A stretch of 39,834 nt of DNA from Gemmatimonadales bacterium (GCA_038258395.1 JBBSPX010000003.1:1-39834), one strand, 5' to 3'. Positions 27,953-37,591 are shown, counted from the first letter of the stretch. Numbers and translations: made by a program. The notes: generated by a model from the letters alone, not told the origin.

Positions 27953-30070
27953 ATGTCGCATGAAATGAGATGGTTCCTGGGGCATCGCCGTTCGCTCACG
28001 ATGGCCCTGGCGCTGGTCGCGAGCCTGAGTGGCTACACGGCAGTCCACCGGCCGGTCGCACCGACGCTCACCGGCGACTGGGACGTCTATATCGCGCTCA
28101 GCGCCGAGCCGAAGTTCGGCTTCGAGGGGTGGCGCCGGATGGGATACGCGCACTTCGCGGGTGCCGACTCCGGCCATGTCGGCTTCCTGCGCCGGCGCAC
28201 CGGTCAGCCGATGCTCACCGTCACCAAGGTCACCTCAATCGGCGATTCCGTTGTCCTCACGCAGGATGACCGAGTGGAGATGCGCGCGGCCTGGCACGGT
28301 GACACGCTGGCCGGGCTCCAATACAGCAATGGCACGGTGCAGAATCGACGCTATCGATTCGTGCGACGTGGCACGCCCGGCGCGCCCGAGCCGACCCATC
28401 AGGTCTGGAAGATGCCGGCGTCCGACTCGCAGTATGCTACCGTGCTCGACAGCACGAAGCTCATGCCCACACGCGATGGCGCGATGCTCGAGACCTATAT
28501 CGTTCGACCCGTGGGCACCGGACCGTTCGGCGTGGTGATGCAACGTTCGCCCTATAGTGCGACCAATGCCCGCGCCGGACGCTGGTGGGCCGAACGCGGA
28601 TACATCTACATCGGCCAGCTGGTGCGGGGCCGCGGCAAGTCGAGCGGCGATGTGGCCGACTTCGGCGACTACAGCACGGACATTCAGGACGGCTACGACG
28701 CGGTCGAGTGGGCCGCCAAACTGCCCGGGAGCAACGGCAAGGTCGGCATGATCGGACATTCAGACGAAGGCCGATTGGTGTGGTTCGCAGCCGTCGGTGC
28801 ACCACCGCATCTGGCGGCGATCGCACCATCCGCTGCCACCAGCGATCCGTGGCGCATCGTACCGTATGCCGCGATGGTGTTCGGTCCGATCAACGTCGAC
28901 TGGACCTGTCTCATGAAGGACCGCAACATGGCCAACAACACCGCCGAGCTCGACATCGGCGAGGCGCTCACCCACCTGCCGTTGTCGAGTCTCCCCGAAC
29001 GGCTCGGCTGCGGCCATCTGCCGCTCTGGGAGCGTTGGATCTCGCACAACACGCTGGACGAGTACTGGCGCGAACACGCCGCCACCACCTTCATCGACAA
29101 GGTCAAGGCCCCGGCACTGGCGCTGGCCGGCTGGCACGACGACGCGCGCGGCCCGCTCGACTACACCGATGCGCTGCTCAAGGTCAAGAATCACCCGGCA
29201 TGGCACCTGGTGATGGGTGTCCATGCCCACAAGGGCGTCGACTACGTGGCAGGCGACTTCGGGCCAGAGGCGCGGTATGACTATCGCGACCTTCAGTTGC
29301 GCTGGTTCGACCATTACCTGCTCGGTCGCGACAACGGCGTCGACCGCCTGCCGCCGGTCGACATCTTCGTGCAGGGCGACAATACCTGGCGCCAGGAGAA
29401 TGAATGGCCGCTCGCCCGGGCCCACGACACCAAGTGGTATCTCTCGTCTGGTGGGAACGCTCGGACCAGCTCCGGTGACGGCGTGCTCGATACCCTCCCA
29501 CCGAAGGGAGCGGCGGCGGATACGTACACCTATGACCCGGGCAATCCCACACCCTACCTGATCGACTCGCGCGAGCTGGAGGAGTCGCTCAACGAGGACT
29601 ACACGGTGCTCAACGCCACGCGTCAGGATGCGCTGGTCTTCACCTCCGCGCCGCTCACGCGACCGATCGAGGTGACCGGCGAGATGTCGGCAACGGTGTG
29701 GGCAGCGAGTGACGCGAAGGACACCGATTGGGCCGTCATGCTGCTCGACGTCTTTCCCGATGGGCACGCCGAGCGGGTGCAAGATGGCATTGCGCGGGCG
29801 CGCTTCCGGAACGGAATGGACAAGGTGGTGCCGCTGGTCCCGGGACAGATCGAGCGCTACGACATCGACCTCTGGTTCACGTCCAAGGTCTTCGCGCCCG
29901 GCCACCGGCTCCGGGTCAGCATCACCTCGGCACTCTTCCCGAAGTACGACCGCAACCTGAACACCGGTGGCAACAACGAGCGCGATTCGACCTTCGTGGT
30001 GGCGCACCAGCGATTGATGCACGATGCGGCGCATCCCACCCACATCACGTTGCCGATCGTGCCGCGGTAA
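27953..30070 (+). CDS. Secreted CocE/NonD (S15) serine hydrolase with an extra N-terminal domain
   Basis: RSPY, RGRGKS, DGYDAVEW, GHS nucleophile, GWHD and a C-terminal jelly-roll (YTYDP, GHRLRV, FPKYDRNLNTG). Confidence 0.88.
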   Translation: MSHEMRWFLGHRRSLTMALALVASLSGYTAVHRPVAPTLTGDWDVYIALSAEPKFGFEGWRRMGYAHFAGADSGHVGFLRRRTGQPMLTVTKVTSIGDSVVLTQDDRVEMRAAWHGDTLAGLQYSNGTVQNRRYRFVRRGTPGAPEPTHQVWKMPASDSQYATVLDSTKLMPTRDGAMLETYIVRPVGTGPFGVVMQRSPYSATNARAGRWWAERGYIYIGQLVRGRGKSSGDVADFGDYSTDIQDGYDAVEWAAKLPGSNGKVGMIGHSDEGRLVWFAAVGAPPHLAAIAPSAATSDPWRIVPYAAMVFGPINVDWTCLMKDRNMANNTAELDIGEALTHLPLSSLPERLGCGHLPLWERWISHNTLDEYWREHAATTFIDKVKAPALALAGWHDDARGPLDYTDALLKVKNHPAWHLVMGVHAHKGVDYVAGDFGPEARYDYRDLQLRWFDHYLLGRDNGVDRLPPVDIFVQGDNTWRQENEWPLARAHDTKWYLSSGGNARTSSGDGVLDTLPPKGAAADTYTYDPGNPTPYLIDSRELEESLNEDYTVLNATRQDALVFTSAPLTRPIEVTGEMSATVWAASDAKDTDWAVMLLDVFPDGHAERVQDGIARARFRNGMDKVVPLVPGQIERYDIDLWFTSKVFAPGHRLRVSITSALFPKYDRNLNTGGNNERDSTFVVAHQRLMHDAAHPTHITLPIVPR

Positions 30071-30074
30071 CGCG

Positions 30075-32495
30075 ATGTTCCTCCTCCTCGCCCTGCTCCA
30101 GGTCGCGGCGCCCCAGTCGGCCCAACCCGACCTCCGCCTGTGGTACCGCCAACCGGCAACCACCTGGAACGAGGCACTGCCGGTCGGCAACGGCCGACTC
30201 GGCGCCATGGTGTTCGGCGGCCGCGCCCACGAGACCATCCAACTCAACGAGGAGACACTTTGGTCGGGTGGGCCATACGATCCGGTGGTCCCCGGCGCCT
30301 ACCGGGCGCTCCCCGAAATCCGCCGGTTGCTGTTCGCCGGCGACATCCCAGCGGCACACGATCTCTTCGGCCGTACGATGATGGGCCACCCGTACGAACA
30401 GATGAAGTACCAGCCGCTCGGCGATCTCCAACTGGCGTTCCCAGGTCACGACGACGCCACCGACTACCAGCGCGAGCTCGATCTCGACAACGCGGTGGCC
30501 CGTGTCAGCTACACGGTGGCCGGCACCCACTTCGTCCGTGAAGTCTTCTCGAGCGCGCCTGATCAAGTGATCGTCGTACGATTGACCGCCGACCACCCCG
30601 GCGCGATCTCGTTCACCGCCGAGTTGCATGGGGTGCGCAATCAGGATCACTCGAACTACGGCACCGATTATTTCTGGATGGACGGCGTGCCGCCCAACCG
30701 ACTCCGGCTCACCGGCAAGAGTTCCGACTACCTCGGCATCGAGGGGAAGGTGCGGTATCAGGCCGATCTGGTCGCCCTGGCCGATGGCGGTACTGTCCAC
30801 ACCGATCGACGCCGCCTGATAGTCACCAATGCGAACACGGTGACGCTCGTCATTGCCGCTGCGACCAACTTCGTCAACTACCACGACGTGAGTGCCGACC
30901 CGGCCGCACGCGTGGCAGCTGTGCTCGATCGGGCGCTCACACTCAGCTATTCGGAGCTCCTTGCGTCACACGAAACGGAACACGGCGGCTGGATGCGGCG
31001 CGTCTCGCTCAAACTGGGGGGGGGGCTACCAGCCGCCGACACGCTCCCCACCGACCTGCGGATTGCGCGCTATGCCACGCAGCCTGACCCGGGGCTCGCG
31101 GCACTCGACTACCAGTTCGGTCGCTACCTCCTGATCGCGAGCTCACGGCCCGGCACCGAGCCGGCCAACCTCCAGGGCATCTGGAACGACAAGTCCGATC
31201 CGCCATGGGACTCGAAGTACACCGTCAACATCAACCTGCCGATGAACTACTGGCCGGCCGAGACGGGGAACCTGGCTGAGCTCGTCGGGCCGCTCGAGAA
31301 GCTGGTGACGGAAGTTGCCGAGGCGGGAACGGAGACGGCCCGCGAACATTGGGGTGCGCGCGGGTGGGTCCTGCACCAGAACACCGACCTCTGGCGCTCG
31401 ACCACACCGATGGATGGGCCCTCGTGGGGCGCATGGCCGGTGGGTGGCGCATGGTTGATGAGCAACCTATTCGAGCGTTACCGCTTCTCGGGTGATCAGG
31501 CCGATCTCGAGCGTATCTACCCGCTGCTCCGGGATCAGACGCGGTTCATTCTCGACATTCTGGTTCCGGAGCCGACCCATGACTGGCTGGTTACGGCTCC
31601 GTCGAATTCGCCGGAGAATTTCCCGGGTTGGCCCGGCAACGGCGCGTTCTTCGACGAGGTGACGGGCAGCAGGCTTTCCGCCCGGACGATGACGGCGGGC
31701 CCGACAATGGACATGCAACTGATCCGCGACCTCTTCGCCAACTTTGACGAAGCGGCGACGCGTCTCCAAGTGGATCCGGCACTGCTCGCCGAAGTGCGCG
31801 CCGCAGCGCCTCGACTCGCCCCCAACCAGATCGGCAAGCACGGCCAGGTGCAGGAATGGCTCGACGATTGGGATGAGCTCGAGCCGCACCACCGGCATCT
31901 CTCCCCGCTCTGGGGACTTTACCCGGGACATGAAATCACGCCGGAAGCGACGCCGAAGTTGGCCGCCGCAGCCGCGGTGACGCTGGATCGTCGGGGCACC
32001 GGTGGATGTGGTTGGTCCTACGGCTGGAAGATGGGCCTCCGCGCGCGACTCTACGATGGACAGGGTGCGCTCGATCAGCTGCGGGCGCTGCTCACCAAAT
32101 CGTCACTGCCCAATCTCTTCTCACTCTGCGGCAAGGAACTCCAGATCGACGCCAACCTCGGCGCCGCCGGCTCGATCGCCGAGATGCTGTTGCAGTCGCA
32201 TCAGGGGTTCATCAGTCTGCTGCCGGCGCTGCCGGCGGAATGGAACACGGGCCATGTCACTGGTTTGCGCGCGCGCGGCGGGGTCACGGTCGATATGACG
32301 TGGGATGCAGGTCGAGTGACCGAGGCGACTTTCGAATCGACGCAGCAGGAACGTCTCGTCGTTCGGGCCCGCGGGAAGCCGACGGCGGCGGCGAACGGCC
32401 GGGCGATTCGGCTCGAAGTGATCGGGCCCGATCGCTTCGCGTTCGCGGTAGAGCCGGGGGTGCGGTATCAGTTGCATTTTAGAAGTGAGAAGTGA
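30075..32495 (+). CDS. Glycoside hydrolase family 95 (alpha-L-fucosidase-like)
   Basis: WNEALPVGNGRLGAM, QFGRYLLI.SSRPG, ANLQGIWN, NINLPMNYW, HHRHLSPL and EMLLQSH. Short signal peptide from ATG 30075. Confidence 0.93.
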   Translation: MFLLLALLQVAAPQSAQPDLRLWYRQPATTWNEALPVGNGRLGAMVFGGRAHETIQLNEETLWSGGPYDPVVPGAYRALPEIRRLLFAGDIPAAHDLFGRTMMGHPYEQMKYQPLGDLQLAFPGHDDATDYQRELDLDNAVARVSYTVAGTHFVREVFSSAPDQVIVVRLTADHPGAISFTAELHGVRNQDHSNYGTDYFWMDGVPPNRLRLTGKSSDYLGIEGKVRYQADLVALADGGTVHTDRRRLIVTNANTVTLVIAAATNFVNYHDVSADPAARVAAVLDRALTLSYSELLASHETEHGGWMRRVSLKLGGGLPAADTLPTDLRIARYATQPDPGLAALDYQFGRYLLIASSRPGTEPANLQGIWNDKSDPPWDSKYTVNINLPMNYWPAETGNLAELVGPLEKLVTEVAEAGTETAREHWGARGWVLHQNTDLWRSTTPMDGPSWGAWPVGGAWLMSNLFERYRFSGDQADLERIYPLLRDQTRFILDILVPEPTHDWLVTAPSNSPENFPGWPGNGAFFDEVTGSRLSARTMTAGPTMDMQLIRDLFANFDEAATRLQVDPALLAEVRAAAPRLAPNQIGKHGQVQEWLDDWDELEPHHRHLSPLWGLYPGHEITPEATPKLAAAAAVTLDRRGTGGCGWSYGWKMGLRARLYDGQGALDQLRALLTKSSLPNLFSLCGKELQIDANLGAAGSIAEMLLQSHQGFISLLPALPAEWNTGHVTGLRARGGVTVDMTWDAGRVTEATFESTQQERLVVRARGKPTAAANGRAIRLEVIGPDRFAFAVEPGVRYQLHFRSEK

Positions 32496-32508
32496 GAAGT
32501 CAGAAGTG
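32481..32508 (+). repeat. Heptamer tandem repeat (AGAAGTG) x4 over the GH95 stop
   Basis: AGAAGTG AGAAGTG AGAAGTC AGAAGTG. Confidence 0.85.
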
Positions 32509-32553
32509 CGGGGATGAGCACGACCGAGCAGTGAACACTCAGCGGAGGTGAAG

Positions 32554-33117
32554 ATGAACCATCTAATCAGGACAGCAATGCTCCTTGCCGGCGTGTTCGC
32601 CACGGTGACCACGGCGGCGACCGGGCAAGTCCCCGTCACGAAGCGACCACCGGTCGTGCGATCCCTGACCATCCACCGACCGGTGCCGGTCCGCCTGAAC
32701 GCCGCCGACCAGTGCACCCTGAACGCGATGGTCATCGGTCACCTGCGGATGAAGGCGGCGCTGCCCAAGGAGCATCAGGTGCAACTCGACAGGCTGACCG
32801 AGGTCGTGAAGCAGCGGCTGTGGGATTCGTTGCCGCCTGACCTCATGGCATCGTCCACCCAGAGCATTCAAACGACGATCCCCGCACTCACGTCCACCGA
32901 AGCCTCCGCGGTCGCGGCCTATGTGTTGGGCGAAATTGCAATGCGTGGCGCGGTCGCTGACTCGAGTGCGGAATCCGACACGCAGGCGGATTTCGACATG
33001 CAGTATTTGAAACTCCAGATGCAGTCGGATCGCAGATCACAAGCGTCTGCGCTGCTCAGCAATGTCATGACAAAACATCACGACATGATGATGAGCATCA
33101 TCGGCAACATCAAGTGA
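32554..33117 (+). CDS. Secreted hypothetical protein with T3SS needle/filament-like C-terminal helix
   Basis: GGAGG RBS before ATG 32554, Sec-type signal peptide, C-terminus LKLQ...LSNVMTKHHDMMMSIIGNIK. Confidence 0.6.
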   Translation: MNHLIRTAMLLAGVFATVTTAATGQVPVTKRPPVVRSLTIHRPVPVRLNAADQCTLNAMVIGHLRMKAALPKEHQVQLDRLTEVVKQRLWDSLPPDLMASSTQSIQTTIPALTSTEASAVAAYVLGEIAMRGAVADSSAESDTQADFDMQYLKLQMQSDRRSQASALLSNVMTKHHDMMMSIIGNIK

Positions 33118-33174
33118 CGGAATGTTCACGGCAGATCCAAGTGTGCGGCATCGACGAACATTCACGCGCTGAGA

Positions 33175-35592
33175 CTATTGCCGAGGGGACGAGCCGACCG
33201 GCAATGCACGGATCGGCTCGACCGGGCCCAGCCCCGTGAACTGCACTTCCAGCCGGGACGGTTCGTCGCCGCCGAACTCCGAGTCCAGCGTGATGGTATG
33301 CGTCGCCGAGGCCACGAGGGGAGGAGGGGAGGCCATCCGGAATGTGGTCTTCGGACGGCCCTCCGCGTCGTAGATCCGGATCGTGGCCGAGCCGTCCGAC
33401 ACCAGACTCTCACCGCCCAATAACTCGACCGGAATCACGATCTCCGTGTAGCGGTCAACTTGCATCCGGAAATTCTTCGCCGTCGCGCCCTTGCCAACCA
33501 GGCTGAGGCGGAACTGCAATCGCTGCTCGGCCCAAGGCTGGGCCACCTCCCACGTTGTCTCTGTCGGCTCCCCGGGCTGCCGCTCGACCGGCGTGCGGAC
33601 GAAGGCTGGAGATGCGAGGGACTGCGCGAGGTTCCACCCCCCGGGCGCGGTCGCCTCCAAATGGAAATCATTCTTCGGATCCTTGAGTCGCACCCGCTGG
33701 GCGCTGTCGAACGCCCCGCTCGTCCGGGCAGCTTCCCACTCACGGATCGCATCGAGCAGGACCGGCGTCAGCGCGTTCGCCCGCAACGCCTGGGGGCTCG
33801 CCACCATCGCAAACCCCGCCCCGTAGCCCGCCGCGCGCGCCAGCATCCATTCCATGTCCGGCAGGGTCGTCTGGTCGGTGAGTAGGTACCAGCCCAGCAT
33901 GTGCGGCATGTAGTTGCGATCAAACAGCGCCTGGTTATCGATGCGATACTGCTGCATGCTCTCCTTGAAGCCACCGTACCACGGCTCGCCCCAGTTGTAG
34001 TACGACCCGATGTGCCAGTAGAACGTCTTGCTGATGCTGGTGCCGTTGATCAGGTCATGCTTGACCTCGCGCAGCACATCGTCGGCGAAGACACCGACGG
34101 CGTAATCCCCCTGCCCCGACGCGAGCGTGCCTTCGTGCCCGTCGAAGTCGATCTGATCGACGCCGGTCTCATTCAGGAAATCGGCGAGATTCCGAGCGAC
34201 CTCGCGCTGCATCGCAAAGTTCGGGAAGAAGACCTTGTAGCTGTGATCGAACAGTTTTCCCACGGACTCGCCCGCAGGGTGCGCTGCAGCAGCCGTGCCG
34301 AAGGCTCCCCGATCTGCATCAAGCAGGCGGTAGGGCGGAGTCGCGGTGACGGCGCGGTACTGGATCAGCTCGTGGCCGATCTTCACGGTGTGGAGGTAGT
34401 TCTCCTTCACCTCGTCGAAGTACTCCGGCGAGGTGACCTCGATCTCGCGCTGCACGGGATCCACCGCCTGCACGAGTTTCGATGACCCCGTGAGACTGAG
34501 CCGGTCGTCGGGCACTGGGGTCACATACGGATCGTTTGTATTGATGAAGTTGGTCAGCGTGTGCACGCCGAGGTGCAGCCCGGCCGCGTGCGCCTTTGCC
34601 ACGGCCACGCGCATCCCGGCCCGACCGTTGGGGAACTGGCTCTCCGACAGGACGAAGTGTCCCCAACTCTTGAAGGGCCCCTCGTGATAGAGCGAAAACA
34701 GTCCCGCACGCTTCGTGTAGGCGATCATCTCGTCCACGTCGGTCTCGCCGAACGACGAAATCAGATAGGACCGCCCGAAAAGCGCTGACTTCGGGAACCA
34801 CACGCCGTCGATGGTCGGATGCGGCAACCCCTCGGCCAGCCCGATCTGCTCCAACAGGTCGAGCGTCTCCGACTCGGCCGTCGTGAACAGGGCGATGCTG
34901 CTCCCGACGACCGTCTCCCCGGGTATCGCCGCGACCGGCATGTTCTTCCTCGTCCCGCCCCAGGCATCCACTCGACGGTCATGGGAACGATTGATCGCGT
35001 AGGCCTGCAGCGCACTGCCCCACGGGTAGGCGACTGCTGCGATCCCCCGCGCCCAGGTGCTCCCCTCGCTGTTCGGCAGGTCTCCGCCGAGTGTCTTCGT
35101 GTTGAGTACCTGCAGTCCGACCGAAACCGACCCGTCGCGTACCACGCCGATCACCTCACCGACCGTCTGGATGATGATGGTCGGATAGGGCCCCCAGATG
35201 ACCGCGTCGACCTTCGTTTCCGGACGCGCGCTGACGATGTCGAGCGCAAGATGGGTGGGCGTCTCCCGGGCGCGGACCACGATGCGGACGCCAGCCGGGG
35301 CGTAGTCGAGGGTGAGCAACCTGCCGGCTCGGTTCTCGGACACCAGGAGCGAAGTCGGCGGGTAGCGGCGGCCACCACTGACCAGCGTCAGGAACGGTGC
35401 CGGCTGCGAAGGATGCAAGTAGTTCGTGCCCGATATCGTGTTGCGGAGCGCGGTGAGCATGCCTTCGCGACTCACGGTGACTGCCAAGGCCCCCGCGGTG
35501 AGGGTGCACTGCGCCGCGAGCTGGGCAGCCACGGCGGTGGACAACAGCACGGCGACCAACGCCGGCAGCGCCCGTATCGTCAATCGAGCCAT
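33175..35592 (-). CDS. Large secreted hypothetical protein, probable TIM-barrel glycoside hydrolase-like
   Basis: Signal peptide, FPNG...AHAAGLHLGVH and GVDQIDFDG (resembles GH27/31/36/101-type barrel motifs). Confidence 0.5.
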   Translation of the reverse strand: MARLTIRALPALVAVLLSTAVAAQLAAQCTLTAGALAVTVSREGMLTALRNTISGTNYLHPSQPAPFLTLVSGGRRYPPTSLLVSENRAGRLLTLDYAPAGVRIVVRARETPTHLALDIVSARPETKVDAVIWGPYPTIIIQTVGEVIGVVRDGSVSVGLQVLNTKTLGGDLPNSEGSTWARGIAAVAYPWGSALQAYAINRSHDRRVDAWGGTRKNMPVAAIPGETVVGSSIALFTTAESETLDLLEQIGLAEGLPHPTIDGVWFPKSALFGRSYLISSFGETDVDEMIAYTKRAGLFSLYHEGPFKSWGHFVLSESQFPNGRAGMRVAVAKAHAAGLHLGVHTLTNFINTNDPYVTPVPDDRLSLTGSSKLVQAVDPVQREIEVTSPEYFDEVKENYLHTVKIGHELIQYRAVTATPPYRLLDADRGAFGTAAAAHPAGESVGKLFDHSYKVFFPNFAMQREVARNLADFLNETGVDQIDFDGHEGTLASGQGDYAVGVFADDVLREVKHDLINGTSISKTFYWHIGSYYNWGEPWYGGFKESMQQYRIDNQALFDRNYMPHMLGWYLLTDQTTLPDMEWMLARAAGYGAGFAMVASPQALRANALTPVLLDAIREWEAARTSGAFDSAQRVRLKDPKNDFHLEATAPGGWNLAQSLASPAFVRTPVERQPGEPTETTWEVAQPWAEQRLQFRLSLVGKGATAKNFRMQVDRYTEIVIPVELLGGESLVSDGSATIRIYDAEGRPKTTFRMASPPPLVASATHTITLDSEFGGDEPSRLEVQFTGLGPVEPIRALPVGSSPRQ

Positions 35593-35715
35593 TTATCCAC
35601 CGAAGAATCGGGAAAGGAAGTTCAACCAGTCCACTAGCGCACCACCACCCCCACTCCTCCGATTCTAGCGGGGCCGCGTATCGGGGGAAACATCACGCCC
35701 GCCCGGAAACGCGAA

Positions 35716-35739
35716 ACGGCACCCCACACAGGATGCCGT
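35716..35739 (-). terminator. Possible intrinsic terminator downstream of hipA
   Basis: Minus-strand hairpin ACGGCATCC-N6-GGGTGCCGT followed by TTCGCGTTT (weak U-tract). Confidence 0.4.
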
Positions 35740-35826
35740 CGGTCCGACCGTTGCCGGAGATTCGGAGGTCGAGTGTGTCCCAGCCACGCTGGAACGACGC
35801 CGGTGCGACGAGGACGCCAAACCACG

Positions 35827-35847
35827 CTTCTCACCTCTCACTTCTCA
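35827..35847 (-). repeat. Heptamer tandem repeat (TGAGAAG) x3 starting at the hipA stop
   Basis: Minus strand TGAGAAG TGAGAGG TGAGAAG. Confidence 0.8.
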
Positions 35848-37146
35848 CGCCATCCGCCGATGCCCCCGACCTACCCGCGCCATCATCGCCGGCTCCACCC
35901 CCGCCTCCTCGGCGAACGCCGGCCACCGCCCGACTGTGTCAATCACCTCATCGACGATCTCGGCGGCTCGGCGCGACTTGAGCGACGCGGTCCGGGCGAC
36001 CGCCATCAGGTCCGCACGCAGGAACCCATCCCGCTTCCCGTTGAGCGACATCTGGTGCGACGACGTCCAGGCACCCTCCGGATTCCAGGCATAGGTGAGG
36101 TCGTAGGCCGGGGCGAGCGACCACTCGCCTTCTTGGTCCATCAGGAAGGCGATGTTCTTGACGTGATCGTCCTGGTTCCGGGCGACCACATTGAAGACCA
36201 TCCGCCGATACAGCTGCTCGAGGGCCTCGATGGCGAGCGCCAGCCGCCGACAGGTGAGGATCGCCTCTTCGTAGGAGTGGCTGGTCGGGGCGTTGAAATC
36301 GAGATGCGCCATCGCGGCCAGCGATTGCAGGTGGATCTTCCCCCCCCCGCCGGTCCGGTCGAAGCGTCGCGTCATGAAGTGCCGCCGCCCGCCCTCCTCG
36401 AGCAACCGACTCGGCGTCATCGTGATCCCAGCCGCCCGGGCCATCACGGCGTAGGCCTGCTCCAGGACACCGAAGCCGGATGGGTCGGTGAGCCCATGAT
36501 CCCCACTGCCCCGCACCCCATCGAACTTGAGCAGCCACTGCTCGAACCCTTCAGGCGCGTCCCCCTGCCCCGATCGCAATTCGTTGGTCTTCGGGTTCCA
36601 GGCGATGACCGCCTTGGCGCGCGCTCCACCGGCCGAGGTGCCAACCCGGAGGATGTCGGTCAGCGTCGCCGTGGCATTGTCCTCGACTAGCCCCCCCCCA
36701 ACCGACGTGCGCTCGGCGAGCACGTGTGATGCGAGCGACACGAGTGCCGCCACATCGACCGGCTCTGCGCGCCGGCCGATTGGCCCGAGCACCGGCTCGA
36801 ACTCGAGTGCTCCCATCGCCCGAGTCCCGACATAGCAGAGTCGCTCCACCGCGTCGAAGCTCTCCGGGGTGCGACCTTGTTCAGCCAACCACTTGTCGAT
36901 CAACGCATGGCCGAATCGATCCGGCAACGCATCCGCCAGCATCCCGGGCAATCCGACGAACGCGGCGGGTGGCAATGCCGGGAAGGCGTAGATCCGCCGA
37001 TCGAGCGGCATCGTGAGCGGCGCCGGCTCGATCCCGCTCACGGCGAACTCGGGGGTGTACTCGAACGCGGCCACCCGCCCCGGTCCGTCGATCGAGACCG
37101 CCCCGATCATTCGCCCCCAGAGCCGGACCGCCGCCGTCGTGGTCAC
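35845..37146 (-). CDS. hipA: HipA family Ser/Thr kinase toxin
   Basis: LADALPDRFG, GTSAGGARAKA, WLLKFD, RRFDR, RNQDDHVKN and LAPAYD. GTG overlaps the antitoxin stop. Confidence 0.92.
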   Translation of the reverse strand: MTTTAAVRLWGRMIGAVSIDGPGRVAAFEYTPEFAVSGIEPAPLTMPLDRRIYAFPALPPAAFVGLPGMLADALPDRFGHALIDKWLAEQGRTPESFDAVERLCYVGTRAMGALEFEPVLGPIGRRAEPVDVAALVSLASHVLAERTSVGGGLVEDNATATLTDILRVGTSAGGARAKAVIAWNPKTNELRSGQGDAPEGFEQWLLKFDGVRGSGDHGLTDPSGFGVLEQAYAVMARAAGITMTPSRLLEEGGRRHFMTRRFDRTGGGGKIHLQSLAAMAHLDFNAPTSHSYEEAILTCRRLALAIEALEQLYRRMVFNVVARNQDDHVKNIAFLMDQEGEWSLAPAYDLTYAWNPEGAWTSSHQMSLNGKRDGFLRADLMAVARTASLKSRRAAEIVDEVIDTVGRWPAFAEEAGVEPAMMARVGRGHRRMA

Positions 37147-37487
37147 GGCTCCCCCCACTCCCACGACGGCGATGCGTCACCGTGACGAGCAGACGACGCC
37201 CGCACCCGTCGCGGCCGGCCACTCTCCCACAGTTCCACCGGACTTGGGCCCTCGTCGGGCACGAGCACATCGAGGCCCTCGACCAAATCGAGCACCCTGA
37301 GCACCCGGACCAGCGAGACGAGGCGGGGCGAGCGACCCGCCTCGATCCCTTCGAGGGTCCGCTTGGAGATCCCCGCCTGCCGAGCCACCGCGTCCTGCGT
37401 CAAGTTCCGACGGACCCGGGCCGCCGCGAGTCGCGTACCCAAGGTGTCCAGGACAGCCTGATCTGTCATCAGCTGAGTGATCTGCAT
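37143..37487 (-). CDS. XRE-family HTH antitoxin (HipB-like)
   Basis: LTQDAVARQAGISKRTLEGIEAG, C-terminal WEWG, AGGAG RBS, coupled to hipA. Confidence 0.88.
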   Translation of the reverse strand: MQITQLMTDQAVLDTLGTRLAAARVRRNLTQDAVARQAGISKRTLEGIEAGRSPRLVSLVRVLRVLDLVEGLDVLVPDEGPSPVELWESGRPRRVRASSARHGDASPSWEWGEP

Positions 37488-37498
37488 ATCGCAACTCC

Positions 37499-37534
37499 TG
37501 ACGAGTACCTATCAGAATCCAGTACTACTCGTCA
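37499..37534. promoter_or_regulatory. Inverted-repeat operator upstream of hipBA
   Basis: TGACGAGTA-N18-TACTCGTCA. The right arm overlaps a TTGACG -35-like hexamer on the minus strand. Confidence 0.6.
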
Positions 37535-37591
37535 ATATATACGACTTCGCCCAGCCATGCATAGATGCTGACGCCGCCCACCCATAAGTGT

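Noticed and set aside
32481-32508. Short repeats as a CRISPR array
   Set aside because: They are contiguous 7-mers without spacers, and no cas genes are present.
33120-33163. GAATGTTC...GAACATTC inverted repeat between convergent genes
   Set aside because: Only 8-bp arms with a long loop and no U-tract; too weak to call a terminator.
35593-35826. Possible riboswitch or ncRNA upstream of the GH-like gene
   Set aside because: Only one hairpin, better explained as a terminator. No aptamer consensus was recognised; an Rfam search would settle it.
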